In this document: piece after piece, positions 1 through 11,595 of the stretch
Layout of the letters: each line of letters opens with the position of its first letter
Position numbering within the stretch: the stretch's first letter is position 1
NCBI GenBank assembly: GCA_963823665.1
Contig: CAWGMQ010000010.1
Span: 2,176,001-2,240,000 of the forward strand
Length of the DNA stretch: 64,000 bases
From: an uncultured Planctomycetota bacterium
GTDB taxonomy: Bacteria; Planctomycetota; Planctomycetia; Isosphaerales; Isosphaeraceae
Reading direction: 5' to 3'
Made by a program: the position numbers and the translations under genes
The notes under the pieces: model-generated
Seen by the model: only the letters and a program-made list of their open reading frames with translations
Databases searched by the model: none
Told to the model about the DNA's origin: nothing

Positions 1-656
1 TCGACCGCGACTATCAACCCACGATCGCTCATCGCTTCGTCTGCCAGCTCTCGGAGACAATCACCCGAAGAGTTTCCGATGATTCGAAACGGCTGGTTAT
101 CGTGACCACCAACTTTGATGATCTCTTGGAGCGGACATTCGAGGCGCAGGCGCTCCCGTACCATCGAGTGTCCTACATCGTGGAAGGACGTGATTCTGGC
201 CGATTTCTCCATCGTCCTTCCGGCGGCACTCCCACAGTCGTCCAAGAGCCGAATAGTTATCCCGGGCTGCTTCGCGACGCTTACCCGGTGGTCATTAAGC
301 CCTTCGGCACGATCGATCGCGAAAGTACGAGAGGCGACGGATTCGTGATCACAGAAGACCAGCACTTCCGGCTCCTGACGGGGTCACCCCATTCGACATT
401 GCTGCCGGTGCCGCTGCGACAAGAACTTCTTCGCAGCGGGACTCTCGCCTTGGGCCTCGCCCTGCGTGAATGGACCAGCCGAGCAAACTACTATCAAATT
501 TGGGGCGATAAGAAACGGACCTTCCGATCCTGGGCCGTCCTGCACCGGCCGCGGGAGTTTGATAGGAGATATTGGCAAAACTACAACGTCGAGATCATCG
601 ATGCCGATCTGCGCGACTGCATCGCCGAGTTGCAGGCCCAAATGGTGTCTAGCTAG
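1..656 (+). CDS. SIR2-like (SIR2_2 family) domain protein, 5'-truncated by the window edge
   Basis: Frame is open from base 3 (DRDYQPTIAHRF...LVIVTTNFDDLLERTF). PTxAH, IVTTNFDxLLE and FVITEDQH motifs are typical of SIR2_2; the usual KxHG motif reads KPFG. Confidence 0.75.
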   Translation, partial: DRDYQPTIAHRFVCQLSETITRRVSDDSKRLVIVTTNFDDLLERTFEAQALPYHRVSYIVEGRDSGRFLHRPSGGTPTVVQEPNSYPGLLRDAYPVVIKPFGTIDRESTRGDGFVITEDQHFRLLTGSPHSTLLPVPLRQELLRSGTLALGLALREWTSRANYYQIWGDKKRTFRSWAVLHRPREFDRRYWQNYNVEIIDADLRDCIAELQAQMVSS

Positions 657-683
657 CCCTTCGGAAAGCGAGATTGATGGAAT

Positions 684-1538
684 ATGGCGCTCAGGACCTT
701 CGCAGGAGCCGTCGCCATCGTCACCGGCGGCGCTTCGGGGATCGGCCGTGCGCTCGGAGAAGCGTTGGCACGGCACGGGGCAACGGTTCTCCTGGCCGAC
801 CGGCAAGTCGATCTGGCCCGGCAAGTCGCCGCCGGGATCAGGGAGGGCGGCGGTCAAGCAACCGCCGAGGAACTCGATGTCACCGACTTCCCGGCAATGA
901 ACCGGCTGGTCCAGAACACGTTCCAGGAGACCGGACGCCTCGACTATTTCTTCAATATCGCGGGGATCGGCATCGTGGGCGAGGCCCGCCACTACGAACT
1001 CGAAGACTGGTATCGCGTCCTGGACGTCAACCTCCGCGGCGTCGTGCATGGCGTGCACGCCGCGTATCCGATCATGCTCCGCCAAGGGTTCGGGCATATC
1101 GTGAATATGGCCTCAGTCGCGGGCTTGTGGCCATCGCCGTTCGTCGTGAGCTATTGCGCCACGAAGCACGCGGTCGTTGGACTATCGACGTCCTTGCGCA
1201 TCGAGGCGGCGCCGGCCGGGGTTCGCGTCAGCGTCCTCTGTCCGGGGCCCGTTCGAACGCCGGCGCTCGCCGGCGAATCAAGGTTTGGCAAAGTGCTCCC
1301 ATCGATCCCTGCGGAGGTTCTCCAGAAGTTGGTCGAAAGCCAACATCCCATGCAGCCCGACCGTTTTGCCGCCCAGGCGCTGCGAGCCATAGCCAAGAAC
1401 CGGGCGATCATCGTCATCCCGTCCTGGTGGAAGATCGTATGGTGGCTCAACCGTTTGTCACCGAGTCTAGGGCTCTATCTGGGGCGGAAGTCGCTGGAGA
1501 TCGTGAACCGGGCGGTGGAACGGCTGCCTTCCGGTTGA
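684..1538 (+). CDS. Short-chain dehydrogenase/reductase (SDR) family oxidoreductase
   Basis: TGGASGIG nucleotide-binding motif, NIAGI, NMAS and catalytic YCATK. Confidence 0.95.
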   Translation: MALRTFAGAVAIVTGGASGIGRALGEALARHGATVLLADRQVDLARQVAAGIREGGGQATAEELDVTDFPAMNRLVQNTFQETGRLDYFFNIAGIGIVGEARHYELEDWYRVLDVNLRGVVHGVHAAYPIMLRQGFGHIVNMASVAGLWPSPFVVSYCATKHAVVGLSTSLRIEAAPAGVRVSVLCPGPVRTPALAGESRFGKVLPSIPAEVLQKLVESQHPMQPDRFAAQALRAIAKNRAIIVIPSWWKIVWWLNRLSPSLGLYLGRKSLEIVNRAVERLPSG

Positions 1539-1644
1539 AAACAAGAGATGGAAGATGCATTGGCTGCCGATCGTTTGGAGCACGCGTGCGAGAACCAGCC
1601 CCACATCTCTCTCCAATCCAGATTCCGCTGCGGAGGCACACAAG

Positions 1645-2306
1645 ATGGTACGGTCAGCCAACCTCGACTTCTTCGCCGCCGAGACCGACCAGCGAGCGCT
1701 GCTCGACTTCCTGTTCGGTTCAACCGATGTCCGAGTGTTCGAGTCGTACTCAGAATTCGACACCGAGCTGCGCGAATTCCGCTCGACAGACGATCTGGCG
1801 TCGGCCTTCCCCCAGGCTCGGACCCGCACGGCAACGGCGCCGCGATCCTGTTGCTACTCTGGTCGCCGTCGGTCTTGCGCAAACCTGATATCGTTCGGAT
1901 CGACCTGATCCCGGAGAAATGCGGCGGCGCCACGTTCCGCTATTCCATCGAAGGCCATGGGCTGATGCAGCTCTACCTCGGAGGCGTCTGCGGACAGGTC
2001 ATTACCAAGTCGAACTTCGCCCACTCAAGCAGCCTCTGGGCGGAGAGGGAGGGGCTAGAAGGAATCGACTGGGAGGCATACAAGAAGATCTCCAACCGCA
2101 TCCAGTACCATATCCGTAAGCGGCTCGCGGTGGGCAAGGTCCCCAGTATTCCAGTGCTGCCAGAGGCAATCAGGTTGGCGAAGGCCGGTTACGCGCTCAA
2201 ACAGATGGTCAACAGTCCGTTCCAATACGAGCTGCAATCCGAAGGGGAGACGGCCTGGCCCCGCCCCGCGGCAGACCCGGCGCGGCGCGTTTGCGGTGGA
2301 GAGTAA
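1645..2306 (+). CDS. Hypothetical protein, split by a frameshift near 1810
   Basis: GGAGG RBS at 1632 and ATG at 1645 give MVRSANLDFFAAETDQRALLDFLF...; protein-like sequence continues in the 1548..2306 frame (GSDPHGNGAAILLLLWSPSV...) after a C run near 1809-1813. Confidence 0.65.
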
Positions 2307-2435
2307 ATCACGGGAGCTGATAGTCGTGCACTTCCTGAAGACGGCTTCTTGGTTGGTCGTCATACGACCGAAGAGGACGTTGCGGCCGGTCGTGCCATCT
2401 TCGTTTCAGCGCGAGCGATTCGGACAGACAGACGC

Positions 2436-3110
2436 TCAGTTCTTGCGGGCGGCGAGTTTCCTCACGAACGCCGCATGCTCGGCCGACCGCAGGCCGCGTC
2501 CCAGAGTCTGCAAGAGGCGGGCCACATCGTACTTCCAGAGCGCCGGCCCATCGAGCCACAGGCCAGGAAAGACTCGGGACCGAAAACCGCCCTTGGACGT
2601 CGGCTGGCACAATTCGTATACGCCCTTGACCAGGCGATGCCAGCGGATCTCCTCTTCCGCCATGAGAATCGCCACGTATTCACGCACTCCCGCCCTCTGA
2701 TAGAGCGCCTTCTTCACACCCAGATCATAAGAAGCGCTCGTAAAACAAATCTCCGCAGCGAGCTCCGGCGCCCCTACGTGATATTTCCCTTGAATCGCCG
2801 ATTGTCCGCCATATTCAGGACGGATCCAAAGATAAGAATCAGGCTGCGGCGCACTCTGAAGCATGAGCCACGTTGACTGGGTGCCCGCATCGCAACTCGG
2901 CGTACTTGCGATGTACGTTCCAAGCCACACGTCGATTCGAATCTCGGCGCGCCCGTGGGCGCTGGTTTGCGGTGAGGGCAAGTAAACCACCCCGTCGATC
3001 AGCTCCGCGAACTTGAGTTCCGGCATCGCCTCCCACCGGAGAAGGAATTCCTGCACCGTCATTCGTTGTCCCGCGCGAAGTGGTGTGATTGCGCGTTCGG
3101 CGATTGACAT
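2436..3110 (-). CDS. Uma2 (DUF820) family restriction-endonuclease-like protein
   Basis: AELIDGVVYLPSP, PQPD, GAPELAAEI, YDLGVKKALYQRAGVREY and SRVFPGLWLD motifs. ATG at 3110 is preceded by GGAGG. Confidence 0.92.
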   Translation of the reverse strand: MSIAERAITPLRAGQRMTVQEFLLRWEAMPELKFAELIDGVVYLPSPQTSAHGRAEIRIDVWLGTYIASTPSCDAGTQSTWLMLQSAPQPDSYLWIRPEYGGQSAIQGKYHVGAPELAAEICFTSASYDLGVKKALYQRAGVREYVAILMAEEEIRWHRLVKGVYELCQPTSKGGFRSRVFPGLWLDGPALWKYDVARLLQTLGRGLRSAEHAAFVRKLAARKN

Positions 3111-3307
3111 GACCAGAGCCTCCAATGACGACGCTAACCCATTCTACTTGGTCGCGGGTATCATCTCACGATTAAGGGCCAGGGCGCAGGAAAGTCCCTG
3201 GACATGCAACTGCGCCGCAGTCGAGTGGAGGCCATTGCTGCCGCCAGTTGCCCAGGGCGAGGGGCAAGGCAACCGTGTGGATGCGTTTCGCGGAAGGAGG
3301 TGGCCGG

Positions 3308-3850
3308 TTGCCGACGATCTACGAGCGCGTTCTGCAGGAGCGATTCGGATCGCTTGATCCGTCGCTACGCCGCTTTCTTGGTGAAGTGCGCGGCGGCCGG
3401 GCGGTCGGACTTCTGCGGGTAACTCGCGGCGACGGTCCGCTTCGGAACGCCATCGCTGCGGGAATGGGTATCCCACCTGCCGGGGAATACGATACCGCGC
3501 TCGAAGTGACACCGCTCAAAGAAGGGCAGCGGTGGAGACGCCTTTTCGGGATTCATGCGCTCGAGACCAGCCAGAGAGAGTATCGCGGGCTGCTGCTTGA
3601 GTCATCCGGGCCGGCGAGCATCGGCTTTGAGCTGGTTGTGGAAGAGGGCTCGCTGCTCTTCTTGCCGCGCCGCGCCTGGGTGTTCGGGATCCGATTGCCC
3701 CTCTGGTTGGCGCCACGCATCGAGGCGGAGAACTTGCCAGGCGAGTCTGGCGGCTGGCGCGTTCGGGTTCGATTCGGCGTGCCGTTGCTCGGGCGCATCG
3801 CGGAATACGAAGGCGATGTGATCGCGGAAGATACCTCGCTTCGCCGCTGA
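3308..3850 (+). CDS. DUF4166-like protein
   Basis: AAGGAGG followed by TTG at 3308; YERVLxxRFxxLxPxLRRF start, WRRxFG, PLWLAP and a C-terminal LLGRIAEYEG resemble DUF4166. Confidence 0.7.
   Translation: MPTIYERVLQERFGSLDPSLRRFLGEVRGGRAVGLLRVTRGDGPLRNAIAAGMGIPPAGEYDTALEVTPLKEGQRWRRLFGIHALETSQREYRGLLLESSGPASIGFELVVEEGSLLFLPRRAWVFGIRLPLWLAPRIEAENLPGESGGWRVRVRFGVPLLGRIAEYEGDVIAEDTSLRR
3798..3828 (+). repeat. 31-bp direct repeat, copy 1 (att-like, inside the 3' end of the DUF4166 gene)
   Basis: tcgcggaatacgaaggcgatgtgatcgcgga is identical to 12007-12037. Confidence 0.9.
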
Positions 3851-3887
3851 GCAAGCCACGGACCAACTGGGGACAAATCGCACCAGG

Positions 3888-6800
3888 TCATCGAATCACA
3901 TGGACCGGTTTACGAGTCGCAAGGTTCTGTGCTTGGACGTCGCCGTGGATCACGTGAGAGCCGTGAGCGTCCTGCTTCAGCCCCGGCTTGACGACGACCT
4001 TGACGTGAAGAACGGAATGCCCCCGCCCGGCGATCGATCGTTGGACTTTGAATGCCGAATCCCGGCTGCTGACCGGCGGTATATGTTTGGGCAAGACCAC
4101 GTTCTTCCAGTTCAAGATCGTGTGGTAATTGCTTCCCGGTACTCCCGTGTTCTTGCCGTCGAGCAGGAGACCCTGCGAATCCGACACCCCGTTGGGACCA
4201 GCTCCGATAACCGTTAGCTTGTAATTGTGGTGGAGGTTCACCCGCCGGGCTGGGTGCAGAGTCACAGTCTGCGTCGTCGGGTCGTACACCGCCGACCGGA
4301 TCCGGTCGCGATGGCCACCTGGGCCGATGATGACATAATTGCTCACGTTCTGGGTCGTGGACGGATCGAGCGGCTGATCGAAACGGAGCACCAGCGTGGT
4401 TGGTTCCCAGTGAATCCCGTAACGCAAAACCTGAATAACCTGCGGCCCATCAGTGGCGGGAGGAGTGACGACTCCGGAGGTGACAGTTGCCGTGGCGGTG
4501 GCGACGATCGATCCGTTACTCAGCGATTTCACCTCCACGGTGACCGTGCCTTGCCCGATCGCGGCAAGATTCGTCTGGAGCAAGATCGTGCCGGTGGAAA
4601 GGCCAGGGATGCGGAAAAGAGGAACGGACTGTGTGGGAAGTCCGTCCAGACCGACCAGGTTCGCGGTGATCGGGCCGCTCGTGCTCACGATGAAGGCTGT
4701 GTAGAGGTCTTCGGTATTGCCGGTGTTGTTGACGACAAGAGTGAAAGTCGCGTTTCCGGGTGTGCCGAGATTCTCGGAGGACGGTGTCAGCGCCGCCGAA
4801 ACGCTCTGGGTCGAGGGAACGCTGAGACTCGCGGTGGCTTCGCCGTTGACGGCGCGATTGCCTTGCGAGACGGCCATCGCGGTCAGGTCGAGGTTTCCCG
4901 CCACCGCGAAGCTCGCCGATCCGGTGGTGATCGGTATGATCCGGGACGCGCCGGGGGCGAGAGCAATCTGGTTCGTGGCGAGGCTCGCGACCAACGCGCC
5001 GGGACCGATGAGCGACAGGTTGTAGGTATCCGACACGCTTCCGGTGTTGGTGACCGTCAACTGGAATCCGCTCCCTGTCGCCCCGGACGGCGGGTTCAGC
5101 GACACGACGACTCCTTGCGACGTCACCTGGAGCGTCCCCGTCGCCGAATCGCTCGCGGTGGAGTTGGTCGTCGAGGCCACGCTGATCGTGAACGGATAAT
5201 CCGCCGCCCCGGTTCCTTGGCCCGGCGTGAGGGCAGGCGTCACGTCACGGAAGTTGCTCGCTCCAGGCGGGACTTCCACAGTGGTTTGTCCGAGAGACGC
5301 AGCGATCGACGCGGGCAATCCGCTCGTCGCGACCGTGAATTCGTCTTCCGCGCTTCCCGTGTTGGTAACCTGGATGACATAGTAGGCGGCTGTGCCCGGT
5401 CCCGCGATGCGCCTGTGAGGGAACAACCGTTACCACCACGCCATGCGATTGCGTGTCGGGAGCCACGGGCTGTCCCTGAAGAATGAGATCGCCCAGCACC
5501 GAGGCCGAGGCGCCATTGTCGCCACTTGCCAGCACGGTGAACCCTTCGTCATCCGGAACCGCGGCGGAGTTTGATGTGAGAGTCAGTGGCACGTTCGCCG
5601 ATCCGTTCGCCGGGATCGTGATCGAAGAGGCCATGTCTACCCACTCGGTCGGAATACCCTGCACCGAGAGGGTATACGTCACGGGACTGGCTGAGGGATT
5701 GGTGAGGTTGACGGTATAAGCCGCCGGCGCTCCAGGCGCAACAGTCTGCGTCGTCGGGCTCAGGCCGATGATCTGGTCACCCACGACGTACTGGTCGGGA
5801 AGGTTCAACGTGGCGGATGTGCCCTGGCTGGTAAAAGCCACCGATGCGGCCTGCGCAACGGGGACCGACTGGCCAGGCTGCAAGCCGGTGACAGTCTCGC
5901 CGAACTGGATCGCCTGGCTCACGCTCGCTCCGGAAAGTGTCAGGTCCCAGGTGAGCGTCTCGGACGTGGTGCCCGTCGTGATGTTTGTCGGGGCGATGCT
6001 AAAGCTATTCGGGTCGACTGCCACACCGTTGTTCGTGGGGACCGTGATCGTGGCAGTCACTGGAACGGCTTGCGATGTTCCGATGTTGTAGATCGTAAGA
6101 TTCGAGCCATCTGTCACCAACAACTGGTTCGCGGCGACGGCAAAATCATCCAGGTAATCGGGGACCGTGTTCGGGACCGCGATCGGAGTCACCACGACAT
6201 TGTTCGAGTCACTCGCGTCGAACAGCAGCAATTGGGGCGAGCCGTTGGCACCCGCCGTACTCGTCGTGACGTACAGGCCATTTCCCAGACTGGAAACGTA
6301 GCCCATGCCGACCGAGGGAATGTTCAAAGTCTGCGTCGAAACGATTGTGGGGCTTTGCGGGTTGGTCAGGTCAAGCGTGGCCACGACGACGTCGCCTCCG
6401 AGCCCCGAATAGGCAGTCTGGAAAGTCTCCGACGAGCCGATCACGAATGCCTGGTTTCCCTGGACCGAGATGCCGGTTACCACTCCCATGCCGGGGATCG
6501 CCAGCTTCTCCAGGACCGTGGGACTTGCGGGATTGCTCGTGTCGACCACCATCACGAGTCCCTGGACGTCCGACCCGACATCGGTGCCGCTGGCTGTCGT
6601 GGTTCCGACCAGCAAAACGTTGTTGCCCGCGGGCGCGAGTTGCCAGAAGTTGGAGGTTCCCTCGTTGGAGAAGTAATCCGAGGGGTTGGGTGGATTGTTG
6701 TAGATCACTCCATCCACCGTGGGTGACGCGGGGTTGGTGATATCGATGTCAAAGCTTTCCCCGTACTGTTCAAAAATCTCGCCGCTCGAAGTGAAGAACC

Positions 6801-9800
6801 GAGAATGGTGCGCCGTGGTGTAGACATGCCCGTTCGAGATCGTGAATCCCGCAAGGCTGTAATCATCAGTGGCCGATTGATACGCGATCGGGGTCTGGCC
6901 CAGAAGGGTTGGACTGGTGGGGTTGGCCAGCGAGTAGATCAAAAGAGTCGAGGGTGCGCCGCCGGGCTGCTGGGCGAGGACGACCAGCTCGTTGTTGTAG
7001 ACCTGGAGGGCGATAACCGACGCGCCGCCAAGATCGCCGGCGCCGAACGTCGAGAGGACGTTGGGCTGCGCGGGGTTTGAGATGTCCACGATGTCGATCC
7101 CGCTGCCGGCGCCAACGTAAGAATCCGTACCCAGGATTGCCACACCGCTCGCACCAGCGACCGGGGTCGTGCTCACCACGCCCAGTGGCGTGCCGCCCTG
7201 CGTGGTCTGGCTACTGATCTCCAGCGTCGTCGTCACGGTCCCGGTTCCGGCCGGGAGCGTGGCCGGGGTCGTGCTCAGGGTTGCCGTCACCGGGATGCCG
7301 ATCTCGAGCGTCCCGGTGCCGGTCGCGCCCGCGATCGGGTTGCCGGAAGCATCGGTTACGGTCACGTTGATCGTGTCGTCACCGATCGCGAAACCGGTCG
7401 TGTCGAAAGTGCCAAGGTCGACATTCGTGAGCGCGGTGAGAACCTGAAGCGCGGTTGTGACGGGTGTCGATGTGAAGAGAACACTTCCCGATGGGTCCGA
7501 GACCGTGTACGAGACCATGGCCTGTTGTTGTTCGTTGACGGCGTTGAGAATCTCCGCCGAGACGTCGACCTGGCCTCCCGGCTGCGTGAACGTCGGGCTG
7601 GGAGTGACCGACGCGACCTGCACGAGTGCGGCGCGAGAGATCAATGAGCCGGTGGTCGACTGGGTGAGCTCGGTCGCCCCATCGACCGTCGCGGTGACCT
7701 GGAAGCTGAATGGCGAGAGATTTGTTGTCGAGGAATTCGTGAGCGTGACGGTGACCTGCGGCACGCCCATCGTCCCCACGGTGTCCTGGCCGGGCTGAAG
7801 CGTGATCGAAGGCTGGGAGAACGAGGCTGTGACGCCGCCCGGCAGGCCGGTAATGCTCAGATCATAAGTCGTTGCCTGTGAGCCCGTGTTCTGCAAGTTG
7901 ATCTGGAACGTCGCGGGCGACAGCGGCGCTTCGACCTGGCTGTTCGTCAGGAGGGAAAGCGTGAAATTGTGCGCGGCTTCATCGGTCAAGATCGAGTCGA
8001 GCGAGTCCAGAGACGTGCCGAGCGTGCCGGCCGCGGCGAGCAGTTCGGTGGGCGTCGTCGCGCTTGCGATCGCGGCCCGAGCCGAAGCGAACTGGGGGAG
8101 CAATGACGTGAGGAAAGCATCGGCGCCGAGCAGGCCGGTCACGGCGTCCAGGCTGGCAAGCGTCTGGCTTTCGGCGACCGGATCGGCCGGGTTCTGAACC
8201 AGACTGGTGAGCGCCGTGCTGAGATCATCGAGCTGGGCGGCCAGCGCGGTGTTTCCGAACTGGGCGGCCGTCGCCGAGGCGTCGGCGATCGCACTGGCGC
8301 CCGGTACCTCGACGGCGACGGGGATCGTGAGCGTTTGCGTCAGCGGCGATCCGGAAGGACCGAAGGTCGCGGTCACCGTGGCGACAAGCTGGCTATTCAG
8401 TGGCGTCGACTCGGCCGGTGTAAAGGTGACCGTTTCGGTGGTCGACTGACCCGGTTGCAACGAGACGGGGCTCAGGCCGCTCAGGGCCAGACCCGACGAT
8501 TGGACCGATGTCAACGTCACGTTCGACTCGGTCACGTTACCGGTGTTGGTGATCGTCAAGGTGTCGGTGACCGGTGTCCCGGGAATGGCATTGAGCGACG
8601 TCGTACTGCCGGTGACGGTCACGGCATCAATGGAAGGAACGGTGAACGACTCGGTGGCCGAAGCGGTGTTGCTGGTGGTCGTCGCGCTGGTTGCGGTGAC
8701 GTCGAACGACACATTCGTGCCCGGCGCCGGGAGCGTGCCCGAGGGTTCGAGAACAAGCCCGACTTCGGCCGTCGCGCCGGGCTGGACGTCGATCTGCGAG
8801 ACGCTGGTCAGCGCCGTGAAGCCGGCCGGCACACTGGTGACGCTCAGGTTGTACTGGTCTTCAGTCGTCCCCTCGTTTTCGATGCCGACGCGGAACACAG
8901 TGGGAAGCTCCGCGCCGCCCGAGGGAAGGGTGAAGAGCGAGTCGGGGGCGACGGCCACGGCGAGGGAGCCAGGGCCGGAGAGACTTGCCAGGGCCGGGTC
9001 GGGCGGGGGCGAAACCAGGAAATCAGGGAGGGGCGGATCAAACAGGGTGGCGAGGCTACCGAGAGCTAGACCACCCCCAAGCCCGAACACGACTGCGCTC
9101 AGATAAAAAGCTCCTGGTATGAAGATAATTGCAACTCCGACAATGGCGAGAAGGGCCCCATATGCTGCATCGTTGAGCCCTTTCGTTCGGACGTACTTCT
9201 TGAACGCCGCCGGGTCGAAATATGATCTGTAGTCGAGATCAAGCTTCTCGATGCCGTAGAATACAACGCCCGAGACCAACGCGGTGACGCCGGCGACCGC
9301 GGCATACTCTGTAAGTCCCTGGTTCCCCCCGTCCTGGGTCACGCCGATGGTCTGCCCTGTGGTCGGGTCGATCTCGTACCAGGCGACAGTGGCCGCGCCA
9401 TTCACCAGCACGCTCTGGCTCGGCACGATCACGAGCTGACCCGCGTCGACTTCCGTCGTGATCTCGGCCTTGGCATCGGCCGAGATCGCGAGCGAACCAA
9501 GCACCGACAGGTTCGCCGCGGTGATGGCGACGATTGCGATCCCCTGCGATTGCGCCTGCTGGATGATGCTAGCCGAGTTGACGGGCGTCGGCTGGGTGCT
9601 ACCTGGCGCCGCGTTGAGCGTCAGGACCTGGGCCTCGGCCAGGTTCTCGAAGAGACCGTAATCCAGGTTGAACGCCACGATCGCGGCCGTGTTCTGGCCG
9701 GGATAGGCGATTGCCTCGATCGCATCGTTTCGCAGATCGATCGCAAAGGTGAGCGTCGGCGTGGTCGAACCGGCCGGGGTCGTGAGCACTCCTGAGGAGA

Positions 9801-11595
9801 TCACGACGCGCGGGCGGGCATAATACGCGGTGATCAGTCCTGCCTGCTCCAGACCCAGGAGCGAGATGTTCGAGGCGAAGAAGAAATCGTCGGCATTCAG
9901 CTCGGTTGTCAGCATGACATCACGTTGTGCGAGGGCTTCCTCGCCCGGATCGACATTCCCCGCCGCCTGATCGGCTGAGAGCTGCTGCTGAACCTGCGTC
10001 AGCTCGTTGATTATCGTGCCGACGGCCTGGGTCGCCACGGGGCCGGGCTGGACGTTGACCGTCCAGACAGACAGCGGCGAGACGCTCGGCCCGCCGGCGG
10101 GATTGATCGAAGTGGAAGAGCTTCCTCCATTCTGACGTGCCGCGTAGCCGATCGCGTCATAGAGCGCTCGCTCGTAAGACTGGGTCGGACCCTCTGGCCC
10201 GCTTTGATTGATGGTCAGGAAGAGCCCCGTCAGAACCTGGCTGCTAAAAGGAAGGGTCGTGAGCACCTCCTGAAAAGACGTGCCGCGGATCAGGTCCGAC
10301 TGGGTCGAGGGATAGGCGTCGTCGTTCTGAGCGATGAACGGCGAGTATGTGTTGGTAGTGGCCGAGGCAAACAGGGCCGAGACCGAGTTTGTGCTGACGA
10401 AGTTGCCGATCGAGAGCGGCCGTCCCACGAGGTCCACGTCATTGAATGTCTGGTCAAGGACGGTCGTGTCGGTCTGCCCTGACTGTCCAAAAAGGCTGCT
10501 GGCGGTGTTGGTGATCTCGGCGACGAGCTGGATCTCGGTCGTCTCGCGGAGGCTGTCGGGAACCTCGGCAAAGGTCGTGGACGCGGTGGTGAATGACTGC
10601 CCGGCCGTGGCGCCAGCGATCAACGGATCGGCGTCCTGCATGCCGCTGCCCGTATTGAACTGGAACCAGTAGTGATTCTCCGTTTCAGACAGCAGCTCGG
10701 GGTCGTTGGCGGGATCGGAGAGCGTGGCCCCAGCCGGGATGAGTCCCGAGATGCGATCGGGCTCCGGAAACATCGAAAGGATGAGCGATTGCGCCTGACT
10801 CTGCGACAGCGTGCCCCCGACATACTGGGCCGGTACGCCCGAGGCGCGCATCAGGGCGATGCCCAAGCTCGCGACGTCGAGCGAGTTGCCGGCGTCGGCC
10901 CAGAGCGTACCGCGGGCCCCTCGAACCGAGCCAATGTATGAGTTGTAGCCGATCTGCGTGTGCAGAAAGTCGAAGATCTGGGTCGGGTCGTAGTTGAGCT
11001 CCGCCGCCTCCTCCTGGATGAACGGGTCAGTGGTGTTGGCGTCGGGCGTGGAGGCCAGCAAGCTGGAGTCAACGTTGCCGGGACTGAGCACGGCCGCGGC
11101 AGTTGTATTCGAGACGGAGGCTCCATCGAGCGTGGCGACTGCTTGCGCGCCGGCATCGAGTTGCGTGGTCGAGGGCGCGGGCAGGTTGACAGTCAGCGTC
11201 ACGCTCGATCGCTCAAAGCCGGCAATCGTGCCCAGGTTCCACGCCAGCTTCTGCCCACTCTGGACAGGCGATTGCGAGTCACTGGCGATCGTCACGCCCG
11301 GTGCCAGGGTCGTCGTCAGCAATACACCGGTTTCGGGGTCCGCCTGCTCGTTGTAGACGGTGTATGTGATCGCGACTTGATTATTTTGCACCTCACCGAC
11401 GAAATACGAAGGTAAGGCAGGAGTAGTCGATGACGTTGGCTGCGGAACACTGAGCGTTCGCCCCACGACGATCGTCGACGGAAGGCCCGAGTCCAGCATC
11501 AAGCGATCTTCCAGCCGCTCGAACGATGTCCGATGCAGTCGCCGCAACATCGCCTCGCGATTCCCTTTGCGCTTCCTCGGCGCACGATATACCAT
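3888..11595 (-). CDS. Giant secreted protein (~2570 aa): planctomycete export signal, DUF11/Ig-like domain, transglutaminase-like domain, internal hydrophobic cassette, Ig-like repeats, LVIVD propeller, basic C-terminal Ig-like domain; frameshift near 5410
   Basis: N-terminal RRLHRTSFERLEDRLML; GARGTL..GNSLDVASLGIALMRASGVPAQYVGG, HYW and DADP; DIVDISNPAQP/VVDTSNPASP LVIVD repeats. ORFs 5245..11595 and 3888..5426 join at VVPSQ/IAGPGTAAYY. Confidence 0.85.
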
